Notes under the pieces: generated by a model | Told to the model about the DNA's origin: nothing | Seen by the model: the letters and a program-made list of their open reading frames with translations, nothing else | Databases searched by the model: none | Origin: Phycisphaeraceae bacterium | Lineage (GTDB): Bacteria; Planctomycetota; Phycisphaerae; Phycisphaerales; Zrk34 | Direction: 5' to 3' | NCBI GenBank assembly: GCA_040905565.1 | Contig: JBBDRF010000006.1 | Coordinates: 21,498-39,047, forward strand | Length of the DNA stretch: 17,550 nt | Shown: one piece after another, positions 7,572 to 15,430 of the stretch | Layout: each line of letters starts with the position of its first letter | Position numbering within the stretch: the stretch's first letter is position 1 | Position numbers and translations under genes: made by a program

Positions 7572-10500
7572 ATGAGCGACGCGTATCTTTATTCGGCGGC
7601 GAGATTTGACAGCCGGCCCGGCGTGCCGCCGCTGACCCTCTGGTCCCTGGCGGCTTCGTTGATGATGCCGCTGCTGGCGTACGGGCAGGGTGTGCCGGTG
7701 GTGGATCCGTCGGCGGGGCTGACGCCGAGCGGCGACAGCGGGCGCGACATTCAGCAATTGATCGAACATTCGGCGACGGGGCTGGCGCTGCCGAACGCGG
7801 TGATCGGTGCGGACCTTGAGCTTGAAGCGGGCCGGACGCATGCATGGCGTGTGAACGGTCAGCATCGTTTTCTGCTTGACGGCAATGTGCGTGTGGCGCT
7901 GGGCAGCTATCGGTTTCGTGCGGAGCGTGTGGTGGCGATTGTGACGCCGCAGCAGCGCGAAGGTCAGCAGGTGCACGAGCTCGCGCTGTACTTCGATGAG
8001 ATGCGTGAGATCGGTGGCGGAGCGATTCGGGCCGATGCGCCAAGGCTGCTGGTAACGGCGGTGACGCGGGGGACGGTGAGGCTTGAGACGGACGCGATGG
8101 TGCGTGAGCCTGCCGACGCGAACATGTTCGTGCAGGCGGCGTTGGATCGGGTGCAGCGGCACCGTCAGGCGCTGGCTGAGCAGATCGTGCCGGTGCCGGC
8201 GGGGCCTCCGATTGTTGATGAGACGACGCTGGCGCAGCGTGAGGCGCGGCGGACGGCGATCCGGATGGATCGGCCTGACTTGCCGGCTCATCTTGCACAG
8301 CGTCTGCGTGCGCGGCCGTTGATTCCGGACCCGCTTGCAGAGGTCGCCGAGGTGCCGAGGCTGGTGCCCGAGCCGATCGCGCAGTCGCCGAGCCCGGCGA
8401 CGGGGCAGGTGAGTTTTACCGCAGACCGGATCATCTACCAGACCGAGGAGCAGGAGGGTTACGTCCTGCTGATGGGCAACATTCAGGTGATGTATGTTGA
8501 TCCGGAATCGGATCAGCGTTTGAATCTGGTCGCGGACAGCGCGGTGATTTTTACCGAGCCGAACGCGCTGGGCGAGGGGGCGCGGAGCAGTGATGCGGGG
8601 GCGATTCGAGGAGTGTATCTTGAGGATAACGTGCGGCTGACGGATGGCGATTACACGCTACGCGGGCCTCGAGTTTTCTATGATTTTCGGACCGATCAGG
8701 CGGTGGTGCTCGAGGCGGTTTTATATACGTGGGATGTTGAGCGGCAGATTCCGCTTTATGTTCGGGCCGATTCGCTGCGGCAGCACGCGCGCAATCAGTG
8801 GTCGGCGACGAACGCGAGGCTATCGACAAGCGAGTTTGCCGAGCCTCACTTCAGCATCGGCGTGGATCGGTTGACGATCACGGCGGACGCGCAGCCTGAG
8901 GCGCCGGTTCGGCATACTTACGAGGCGGAGGGGCTTCGGTTCAACGTCGGCGATACGTCGATCTTCTATTGGCCTGAGGCGGCAGGGGCGGCGACGGACC
9001 TGCCGATTCAGCGCGCGAGTCTGGGGGCGGGTTCAAGGCGCGGGGCGTTCATCGAAACGCAGTGGGATCTGTTTGCGCTCCTTGATACGCAGACGCCTAG
9101 GGGCGTGAACGCGTCGCTATTGATTGATGGCTATACCGAGCGGGGGCCTGGCGTGGGGGTGTCGGCGGATTATGATGTGGAGAACGCGTTCGGTGAGTTC
9201 GACACGTACTATTTATATGATGACGGTGAAGACAAGCCGGGCGGCCGGGCACGGGTTGATCCGCTGACGCATCATCGTAATCGCACGCTTTGGCGTCATC
9301 GCCATGATCTGGGGGACAACTGGGAAGCGACGGCGGAACTGGCGTGGCTTTCGGATCCAACGTTCCTGGAGGAGTTCTACCAGGAAGACGCGTATGCGGC
9401 GAAGAACTATGAATCGCTTTTCTACCTGAAGCATCAGGAGGACGAGGCGGCGTTCACGTTTTTGGCTAGTTATGATTTGCTGGATCATGTGCCGCAGCTG
9501 GACCGGTTGCAGACGCGCGGGAATATGTTTGAGCCGGGCGACGCGAGCATCGGCTACGGCGTTCATAAGTATCCGGAGATTAGTTATCACCGGATCGCGA
9601 CGTCGCTGTTTGAGGATCGGGTGACGTGGTATTCGGAGAACCGGGCGTCGGTGATGCAGTTGAACCTGCCGGAGGATCGGCCGGAGGATCGCGGGTTCAC
9701 CGATGCGGAAGCGGTGGCGTTTTTCGGGATGGCCAATGCGAATCAGCGTTTCGGCGATGCACTGCTTGCCGATGGTTTTGATGAAGAGCGGCGGCTGCGG
9801 GGGGATACGCGGCAGGAGCTGCAGCTGCCGTTGAATGTGGGTCCGGTGACGCTGACGCCGTATGTGACGGGGCGGCTGACGGCTTACGATGACGACTTCG
9901 CCGACTACCGCGGGGAGGAGGATAATCTGCGGCTGTGGGCGGCGCTGGGCGTGAAGGCGCATACCTCATTTTCGCGGACGTACGGCGATGTTGAGAGTTC
10001 GCTGCTGGATATGCATCGGCTGAGGCACATTATCGAGCCGTCGGTGAACGTGTTCTTTGCGGACAGTTCGATTCAGCAGCGTGACCTGCCGGTTTATGAT
10101 TATGATGTTGAATCGCTGGCGGACGGGACGGTATTCAAGCTCGGGGTTCGTAACACGCTTCAGACGCAGCGGGGTGGGCCTGGCAACTGGCGCAGCGTGG
10201 ATATGCTTCGTGTTGATACGGAATTTGTGTTCGCTTCGAATGAGGTGGATCGCGAATCGCCGATTGGTCGGTTCTTCGATTACCGGCCTGAGAATTCGAT
10301 GCTTGGCGACTATGTCTGGAATGAAGTGGCGTGGCAGGTGACGGATACCTTCTCGCTGCTGGCGGATGTGAACTATAGTTTTGATAGCGATGAGGTAGAG
10401 CGGTGGAACGCGGGGGCGATGATGGACCATACGCCTAGGCTGTCGAGCTTTATTAACTATCGTGAAATTGAACGGCTGGATTCGGCGCTGGTGCGTTATG

Positions 10501-10763
10501 GCTTTGAGTACCTGATGACGAGCAAGTACCACGTGGGGTTCAGTCAGTCATACGATGTGGAGCGGAATCGGCTGCGGAATCTTACGGTGACGCTGACGCG
10601 GCGGATGCCGAGGTGGCTGTTGATCGTGGCGTTCGATCACGATTCGATCGGGGATGTGACCAGTGCGGGCATCGCGCTGGCGCCGGAGGGGTTCGGCGGC
10701 CCGGGGCGGCCGGAGCGGAATCCGTTCTTGATCGGCGGTCTGGAATCGCAGCTGACGCGGTAG
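7572..10763 (+). CDS. lptD: LPS-assembly outer-membrane protein LptD (OstA/Imp), long form, 1063 aa
   Basis: OstA-like beta-jellyroll segments (GVYLEDNVRL, GPRVFYDF, NARLSTSEFAEPHF, GDTSIFYWP) and barrel motifs (LSDPTFLEEFY, KYPEISY, HRLRHIIEP, GVRNTLQTQR), with alternating aromatic beta-strands at the C-terminus. Confidence 0.85.
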   Translation: MSDAYLYSAARFDSRPGVPPLTLWSLAASLMMPLLAYGQGVPVVDPSAGLTPSGDSGRDIQQLIEHSATGLALPNAVIGADLELEAGRTHAWRVNGQHRFLLDGNVRVALGSYRFRAERVVAIVTPQQREGQQVHELALYFDEMREIGGGAIRADAPRLLVTAVTRGTVRLETDAMVREPADANMFVQAALDRVQRHRQALAEQIVPVPAGPPIVDETTLAQREARRTAIRMDRPDLPAHLAQRLRARPLIPDPLAEVAEVPRLVPEPIAQSPSPATGQVSFTADRIIYQTEEQEGYVLLMGNIQVMYVDPESDQRLNLVADSAVIFTEPNALGEGARSSDAGAIRGVYLEDNVRLTDGDYTLRGPRVFYDFRTDQAVVLEAVLYTWDVERQIPLYVRADSLRQHARNQWSATNARLSTSEFAEPHFSIGVDRLTITADAQPEAPVRHTYEAEGLRFNVGDTSIFYWPEAAGAATDLPIQRASLGAGSRRGAFIETQWDLFALLDTQTPRGVNASLLIDGYTERGPGVGVSADYDVENAFGEFDTYYLYDDGEDKPGGRARVDPLTHHRNRTLWRHRHDLGDNWEATAELAWLSDPTFLEEFYQEDAYAAKNYESLFYLKHQEDEAAFTFLASYDLLDHVPQLDRLQTRGNMFEPGDASIGYGVHKYPEISYHRIATSLFEDRVTWYSENRASVMQLNLPEDRPEDRGFTDAEAVAFFGMANANQRFGDALLADGFDEERRLRGDTRQELQLPLNVGPVTLTPYVTGRLTAYDDDFADYRGEEDNLRLWAALGVKAHTSFSRTYGDVESSLLDMHRLRHIIEPSVNVFFADSSIQQRDLPVYDYDVESLADGTVFKLGVRNTLQTQRGGPGNWRSVDMLRVDTEFVFASNEVDRESPIGRFFDYRPENSMLGDYVWNEVAWQVTDTFSLLADVNYSFDSDEVERWNAGAMMDHTPRLSSFINYREIERLDSALVRYGFEYLMTSKYHVGFSQSYDVERNRLRNLTVTLTRRMPRWLLIVAFDHDSIGDVTSAGIALAPEGFGGPGRPERNPFLIGGLESQLTR

Positions 10764-10770
10764 GCGGAAA

Positions 10771-10798
10771 GAAGTGGCGACCTGCGATCGCCCGCTAA
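10771..10798 (-). repeat. Copy 2 of the dispersed palindromic repeat, a possible weak terminator for the phosphoesterase gene
   Basis: GAAGTGGCGACCTGCGATCGCCCGCT. On the minus strand it folds as GGCGAUC-GCA-GGUCGCC followed by ACUUCUUUCC. Confidence 0.7.
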
Positions 10799-10808
10799 GC
10801 TAATTTTG

Positions 10809-11867
10809 TCACGCCTTCTTCTCTTGCGGGCGACCCCTGTACTGCTTCTCCCAGGGAAAGCGCTCGCGCTTGCGATCATCCTCGTAGCCGACCAGCCCAT
10901 AGTCGACATAGCGGTACTCGAAACTGCCATCGTCGAACAGGTCGACGACGCCGAAGCCGGCTTCGTGTTCGGGGGCATAGGGCAGCGGCTTTCGCCAATA
11001 GTCGGCACAGACCGCGCCACCACAGATGTGGTGGATGCCGAGGTATTCGACGTGGTCGACGGCATGGAAGTGGCCACTCAAACATAGCCTGACGTTGGGA
11101 TACTTCCTGAATAGTTTGTGAAGTCTTTCGACATCGGTTTGCACCCAGTCGTTGGGGATGACCAGGCCGTCGGGATGCTCCTTGTTGGAAGGGCAGAAGA
11201 AGCACGTCACGGTCAAGATAGGCGCGTGAGAGGATATGACGATATGCTTCGACGGATCGGTTTCCGCGAGATCCTTCTCAAGCCATTCATATTGCGCTTC
11301 GTCGAGATGGTGGGTGAAGCCGTTGTATCCGCCCCGCTGCTGGTTATCGAGCACGATGAAGTGCCAGCCCTTGTGGTCGAAACTATAGTAGGGTTTTTCC
11401 AGGCCGGTTTGTTCGAGGAATGTGATCTTGCCGGGGAAGGGGGTGGAGGCGTCGCCGAGATCCCAGCCGAAGTTAATATCGTGATTGCCTACTGTGTAAT
11501 GGATCGGCAAAGTCAGGTGATCTTTGATGATCTGGTTGTAGACTTTCCATTGAGCGAGCGTGCTTTCCTTGGTTGCCCAGAAAGCATCGGTGATGATGTC
11601 GCCGCTGTGCAGGATGAAGTCCGCTGGGTCTTCCATATTTTGCACGTGATGGATTGCTTTGGGGTAGCCCTCATCACTGGCCGAGAGGGGGAGTGTTGCC
11701 GGTGCTCCCACGTGGGTATCGCCGAAGTGTACAAAGCGGAACGATCGGGCGAGCGGTTCGGGGGGTTCGCCGTTGGCATGCTGGGCCGCGGCGACCGAGG
11801 GCAGCACGCCTCCGCCGGCGGCGATGAGGGTGCCTTTCATGAACGAACGTCGATTCAGGTTAGTCAT
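10809..11867 (-). CDS. Tat-exported calcineurin-like metallophosphoesterase (CpdA/Icc-like), 352 aa
   Basis: Twin-arginine signal NRRSFMK...VAAA. All five metallophosphoesterase motifs are present: GDTH, SGDI, GNHD, SSH and GHFH. Confidence 0.9.
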   Translation of the reverse strand: MTNLNRRSFMKGTLIAAGGGVLPSVAAAQHANGEPPEPLARSFRFVHFGDTHVGAPATLPLSASDEGYPKAIHHVQNMEDPADFILHSGDIITDAFWATKESTLAQWKVYNQIIKDHLTLPIHYTVGNHDINFGWDLGDASTPFPGKITFLEQTGLEKPYYSFDHKGWHFIVLDNQQRGGYNGFTHHLDEAQYEWLEKDLAETDPSKHIVISSHAPILTVTCFFCPSNKEHPDGLVIPNDWVQTDVERLHKLFRKYPNVRLCLSGHFHAVDHVEYLGIHHICGGAVCADYWRKPLPYAPEHEAGFGVVDLFDDGSFEYRYVDYGLVGYEDDRKRERFPWEKQYRGRPQEKKA

Positions 11868-11930
11868 CGGGTCACCCTTCCATCGCTTGCCTTCTATGGT
11901 TGCGTCGGTTCATTTTGACGCCGCATTGGG

Positions 11931-11963
11931 AGAAACGATCGGCCGAGGTTACTCGACCGATCG
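11931..11963 (-). terminator. Strong hairpin with a short U-tract after the PEP-CTERM gene (leaky terminator or mRNA-stabilising stem)
   Basis: Minus strand CGATCGGTCGAG-TAAC-CTCGGCCGATCG-TTTCT: a 12-bp stem with one G-U pair. Confidence 0.65.
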
Positions 11964-11987
11964 CAGGGATAAGTTTTGATGGTTTGT

Positions 11988-12656
11988 TCAGGCCCTGCGA
12001 CGCCGCATCATCAGCACGCCGCCGAGTCCCATGATCGCCAGCGAGGCGGGCTCGGGGATAACGGTGATCTCGCCGGTCGCGGTGAAATTGATATTATCCA
12101 GTGCGGTATCCGATTCGGCCTGGGGTTCATTCCCGAATGCCCCGCCGAGCCTGAAATCGGTCCAGCGAATCTGCACAACCTCGGCCTCGACGCCGGTGAA
12201 GGTGACCAACCCGGTCTCACCAACGGCGACGTTCGTGGCCACCTCGGTCCAGTTCGCGCCGGTGTCCAGCGAATACTCGAGAACGCCCTCACTGGAGGGC
12301 TGTCCGGATCCCACGCGAAGCACGAGGGAATTGACCTCGACCGTGATGCCGGGTTCTGCGGTGAAGGTGACCGTGCCCACGCCCGTCGCGGTGGTGTTGT
12401 AGATGGCGCCGCCGATGGCTCCGTCACCTTCGGGATACCACGGGCTCACATAGCCCAGGAAATCACCTTCGTAGGACACGGCAACCTCAGGCGTGGAGCC
12501 GGTGTCGCCGTCAGACATGACCTGACCGTCGGTCACGTCGTCGAAGGTGATGGCCGCTGCGGTCGCGGTCTGCGCGGCCATCAGAACCGTTGCGGACAAG
12601 CCGAGCAGGGCGAGCCGAGCCGTTCTCATCGTTGCAGGATAGTGCGTGGCGAACAT
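11988..12656 (-). CDS. PEP-CTERM sorting-domain surface protein, 222 aa
   Basis: N-terminal signal peptide (ATA-AA), a Thr/Gly/acidic beta-rich body, and C-terminal VIPEPASLAIMGLGGVLMMRRRRA. Strong SD GGAGG 6 nt before the ATG. Confidence 0.93.
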   Translation of the reverse strand: MFATHYPATMRTARLALLGLSATVLMAAQTATAAAITFDDVTDGQVMSDGDTGSTPEVAVSYEGDFLGYVSPWYPEGDGAIGGAIYNTTATGVGTVTFTAEPGITVEVNSLVLRVGSGQPSSEGVLEYSLDTGANWTEVATNVAVGETGLVTFTGVEAEVVQIRWTDFRLGGAFGNEPQAESDTALDNINFTATGEITVIPEPASLAIMGLGGVLMMRRRRA

Positions 12657-12760
12657 GCTGAACCTCCGTTGGGTGAGTGGCGCGTTTGGGAAGTCAGTGC
12701 CGGATTTTCACATATTGCCCGACGGGAAACGCTGATATAAGTATTCAACGACACGACCCA

Positions 12761-12788
12761 ATTGTACACCGTGTACAAGCGACGGCAA
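12761..12788 (-). promoter_or_regulatory. Putative sigma70 promoter overlapped by a perfect 17-bp operator-like palindrome
   Basis: Minus strand TTGCCG-N16-TACAAT. The palindrome TTGTACAC-C-GTGTACAA (12762-12778) covers the spacer and the -10 element. Confidence 0.65.
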
Positions 12789-12835
12789 GAAACTTTTAGT
12801 CCGTTTCGCGTGTCGGATGTGTGATTAGTATTAAG

Positions 12836-12861
12836 GAAGTGGCGATCTGCGGCCGCCCGTT
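12836..12861 (-). repeat. Copy 3 of the dispersed palindromic repeat, downstream of mscS
   Basis: GAAGTGGCGATCTGCGGCCGCCCGTT is 22/26 identical to 10771-10796 in the same orientation, and all four differences are transitions. Confidence 0.7.
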
Positions 12862-12873
12862 GATGTGGGGGGT

Positions 12874-13779
12874 TCACGTTGGCGAGGTGGCGGGGGTTGC
12901 TGCGGAGGGGGCGGGGGGGGCGGTGGCGCGGCGGTGTTGGCGGGCTTCGAGGTAGTCGCGGATGATCGCCTGCTCAATGCGGCTGCGGCTGGCTGTAGGC
13001 ACCGGCACGCGGACGACGAGCGTGAGTTCCTCGATCGTCGAAAGCTGAACGGTGACGCGCGGTTCCATCGAGGCGGTGTAACGGCCGGTCTCGTGATCCT
13101 GCTGCTCGCGGTAACGGCGCGCCGCTTCGAGGAAAGGGCTGCAATGTTTGCGGGCGGCGGCGAGCAGTTCGTCGGAGGAGGCGGCCCATTCGTCGTCGCT
13201 CATCTTGAGCGGCACGGTGAAAACGTGCAGCACGTATTCGCTGTTGAAGCTTTCGTTGACCAGCGGCTCGGTGAGGAACAGGCTGTTGGGCAGCACGATC
13301 ATGCGGCCGGTGCGCTGGTGGGTGAGCTTGCCGGGGCCGACTTCTTCGATGGTGGTCGCGAGGAGGGTCTGGTCGACGACCTCGCCACGCAGGCCCCGGA
13401 TTTCGATGCGGTCGCCGACGACGAACGAGCCGGCGCCGACCTTCAGCAGCGACCCGCTGAAGCACAGCAGGAGTTCGCGCGTGGCGAGGACGAGGGCGGC
13501 GGCGAAGGCGACGAAGCCGAACGCGAGGGTCTGCAGTTCACTCGCCCAGATCACCAGCAGCCCGAGGAGCGCGATGATGACGGTGCCGTTGCGGAGCTGA
13601 ACGAGCCAACGGCGTCGCAGGTCGGCGGACTTGATCTGCCAACCGCGAATCGCCCGCACGGCCACGAATCGCAGCAGCACCAGCACGGCCAACAGGACCA
13701 GCGTTTCCACGGCATTGCTTTGAAGATGCGTCATGCCCGACAGCATAAGCCAGGCGGGCGTTTGTGCCAGTAGGTTCAC
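12874..13779 (-). CDS. mscS: Small-conductance mechanosensitive channel (MscS family)
   Basis: Three TM helices, then ALVLATRELL, SFVVGDRIEIRGLRGEVVD, T..EE and IVLPNSLF...VN. The start is uncertain: GTG at 13779 was chosen, while the ORF track extends to 13848. Confidence 0.88.
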   Translation of the reverse strand: MNLLAQTPAWLMLSGMTHLQSNAVETLVLLAVLVLLRFVAVRAIRGWQIKSADLRRRWLVQLRNGTVIIALLGLLVIWASELQTLAFGFVAFAAALVLATRELLLCFSGSLLKVGAGSFVVGDRIEIRGLRGEVVDQTLLATTIEEVGPGKLTHQRTGRMIVLPNSLFLTEPLVNESFNSEYVLHVFTVPLKMSDDEWAASSDELLAAARKHCSPFLEAARRYREQQDHETGRYTASMEPRVTVQLSTIEELTLVVRVPVPTASRSRIEQAIIRDYLEARQHRRATAPPAPSAATPATSPT

Positions 13780-13873
13780 GATAGGTTCGGGGTATTCACC
13801 ATTGACTGGGGGCGCGGACCTGCGTACGTTTGGATAAAGCCGCTGCACTCAAACATCACGCCGGAGTGAACAT

Positions 13874-15397
13874 ATGAATCCGTCCTTGCGTTTGGCCTTG
13901 AGCGTTGCCGTCGCCTTGGCCGTTTTGATGTCGTTCTCGGCGTGTGCTCAGGCGCAGGCGCAAGACTATTTTCTGACGATCGGGGGCGGGCCGACGGCGA
14001 CGTCGAACGAAGCGTCGATCGAATCGAATCTTCATTATGTGCAGGGGCTGCTGGACGAGGCGGGCGTTTCGCAGGAGCGTCGACACGTGCTGTTCGCCGA
14101 CGGTGGCGACAGCAGCTACGCGGATGTTCAGTACGCCGATGCCGAGTCGCAGGGGACGCCGTTGACCGAGACGCTGGCGCTGCTGCACAACAGTCTTCAG
14201 CAGAGTCGTTATCAGTATCGGCCGAGCGATGTGCCGAACGTGGCGGGGCCTTCGAATATTGAGTCGATCGATCGCTGGTTCGATGAGCACGCGGAGGCTT
14301 TGGATGGTGACGACCGGTTGATTGTCTATTTCACGGGGCACGGGAGCCGGGGCACGGACGAGCAGCCTCGGCAGACGACGATGGCGCTGTGGGGGCCGTC
14401 GCAGATTCGCGTTGCGGCGTTCACGGAGCGGCTCGATCGGCTGCACCCGGATGTGGAGGTGGTGCTGGTGATGGTGCAGTGCCACAGCGGCGGGTTCGCG
14501 GATGTGATCTTCCAGGGGAGCGATCCCGAAGCGGGGCTGAACCCGCATCGGCGCGTCGGGTTCTTCGCCGCACCGATCGACCGCATGGCAGCCGGCTGCA
14601 CGCCGGAGATCGACGAAGCGAACTATGCCGATTATTCGACTTACTTCTTCGCCGCGGCCCTTGGGAAGGATCGGCTGGGCGAGCCGGTGACCGATGGGGA
14701 TCTCGACGGGGACGGCCGGGTGAGTTTGGCCGAAGCGCACGCCTATGTGGTCGTCAATGCCGACACGATCGACGTCCCCATGACCACCAGCGACGCGTTC
14801 CTGCGGCAGTACAGCAGGCTCCCCGAAAGCGCGGAAGATGAGCATCTGCTGGACACGGTTGGCAACTACGAGCAGCTTTGCGAATCGGCGGAGCCGCATC
14901 AACTGGCGGTGCTCGAGGGCCTGAGCGAAACGCTTGAGCTGGATCGCAGTGACCGCATTGTCCATGCGCGCGAGGCCATCGAAGCGATTCGCCACGAGCG
15001 TCATCAGATTGGGCAGGAGGTGGGCGAGAAGCGTAAGCGCTTCAACCAGTCGCGTCATCATCTCTCGCGCGATCTGTTTCGACGCTGGCCTCAGCTGAAC
15101 TATCGCTGGAACCCGCACGTGGACGATCTGCTGGAGCAGCAGGGCGAGGAGATTTACGCGTTCGTCCAGGCGCACGGTGCGCATGATTCGATCTGGAAAA
15201 TCCATGAGGAAGTCATGGCATTGAACGATCGCAATCGGGCGCTGGAACGGAAATCGGCCATGCACGATCGGCTGATTTATACCGCTGAGACGGTCGCGCT
15301 GGCGGCGAACCTTCCGCACGTGGCCGACGAAGCGCACGTGGCCCGCTATCATCAGCTTCTGGAGATGGAGAGCCGATCGCTGCTCTCGCCTCGCTGA
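13874..15397 (+). CDS. Secreted caspase-like clan CD cysteine peptidase (C13/C14-like) with an EF-hand loop and helical C-terminus, 507 aa
   Basis: Signal peptide, catalytic dyad motifs IVYFTGHG and VMVQCHSGGF, a canonical 12-residue Ca-binding loop DLDGDGRVSLAE, and a long coiled-coil-like tail. SD GGAG upstream. Confidence 0.75.
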   Translation: MNPSLRLALSVAVALAVLMSFSACAQAQAQDYFLTIGGGPTATSNEASIESNLHYVQGLLDEAGVSQERRHVLFADGGDSSYADVQYADAESQGTPLTETLALLHNSLQQSRYQYRPSDVPNVAGPSNIESIDRWFDEHAEALDGDDRLIVYFTGHGSRGTDEQPRQTTMALWGPSQIRVAAFTERLDRLHPDVEVVLVMVQCHSGGFADVIFQGSDPEAGLNPHRRVGFFAAPIDRMAAGCTPEIDEANYADYSTYFFAAALGKDRLGEPVTDGDLDGDGRVSLAEAHAYVVVNADTIDVPMTTSDAFLRQYSRLPESAEDEHLLDTVGNYEQLCESAEPHQLAVLEGLSETLELDRSDRIVHAREAIEAIRHERHQIGQEVGEKRKRFNQSRHHLSRDLFRRWPQLNYRWNPHVDDLLEQQGEEIYAFVQAHGAHDSIWKIHEEVMALNDRNRALERKSAMHDRLIYTAETVALAANLPHVADEAHVARYHQLLEMESRSLLSPR

Positions 15398-15430
15398 TCG
15401 ACCCAAGCCCCTCGACGCAAGGAAACGCGG

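Noticed and set aside
12687..12703. CGGCAC-TGACTTCCC as a sigma54 promoter for the PEP-CTERM gene
   Set aside because: It lacks the required GC at -12 (GG-N10-CC).
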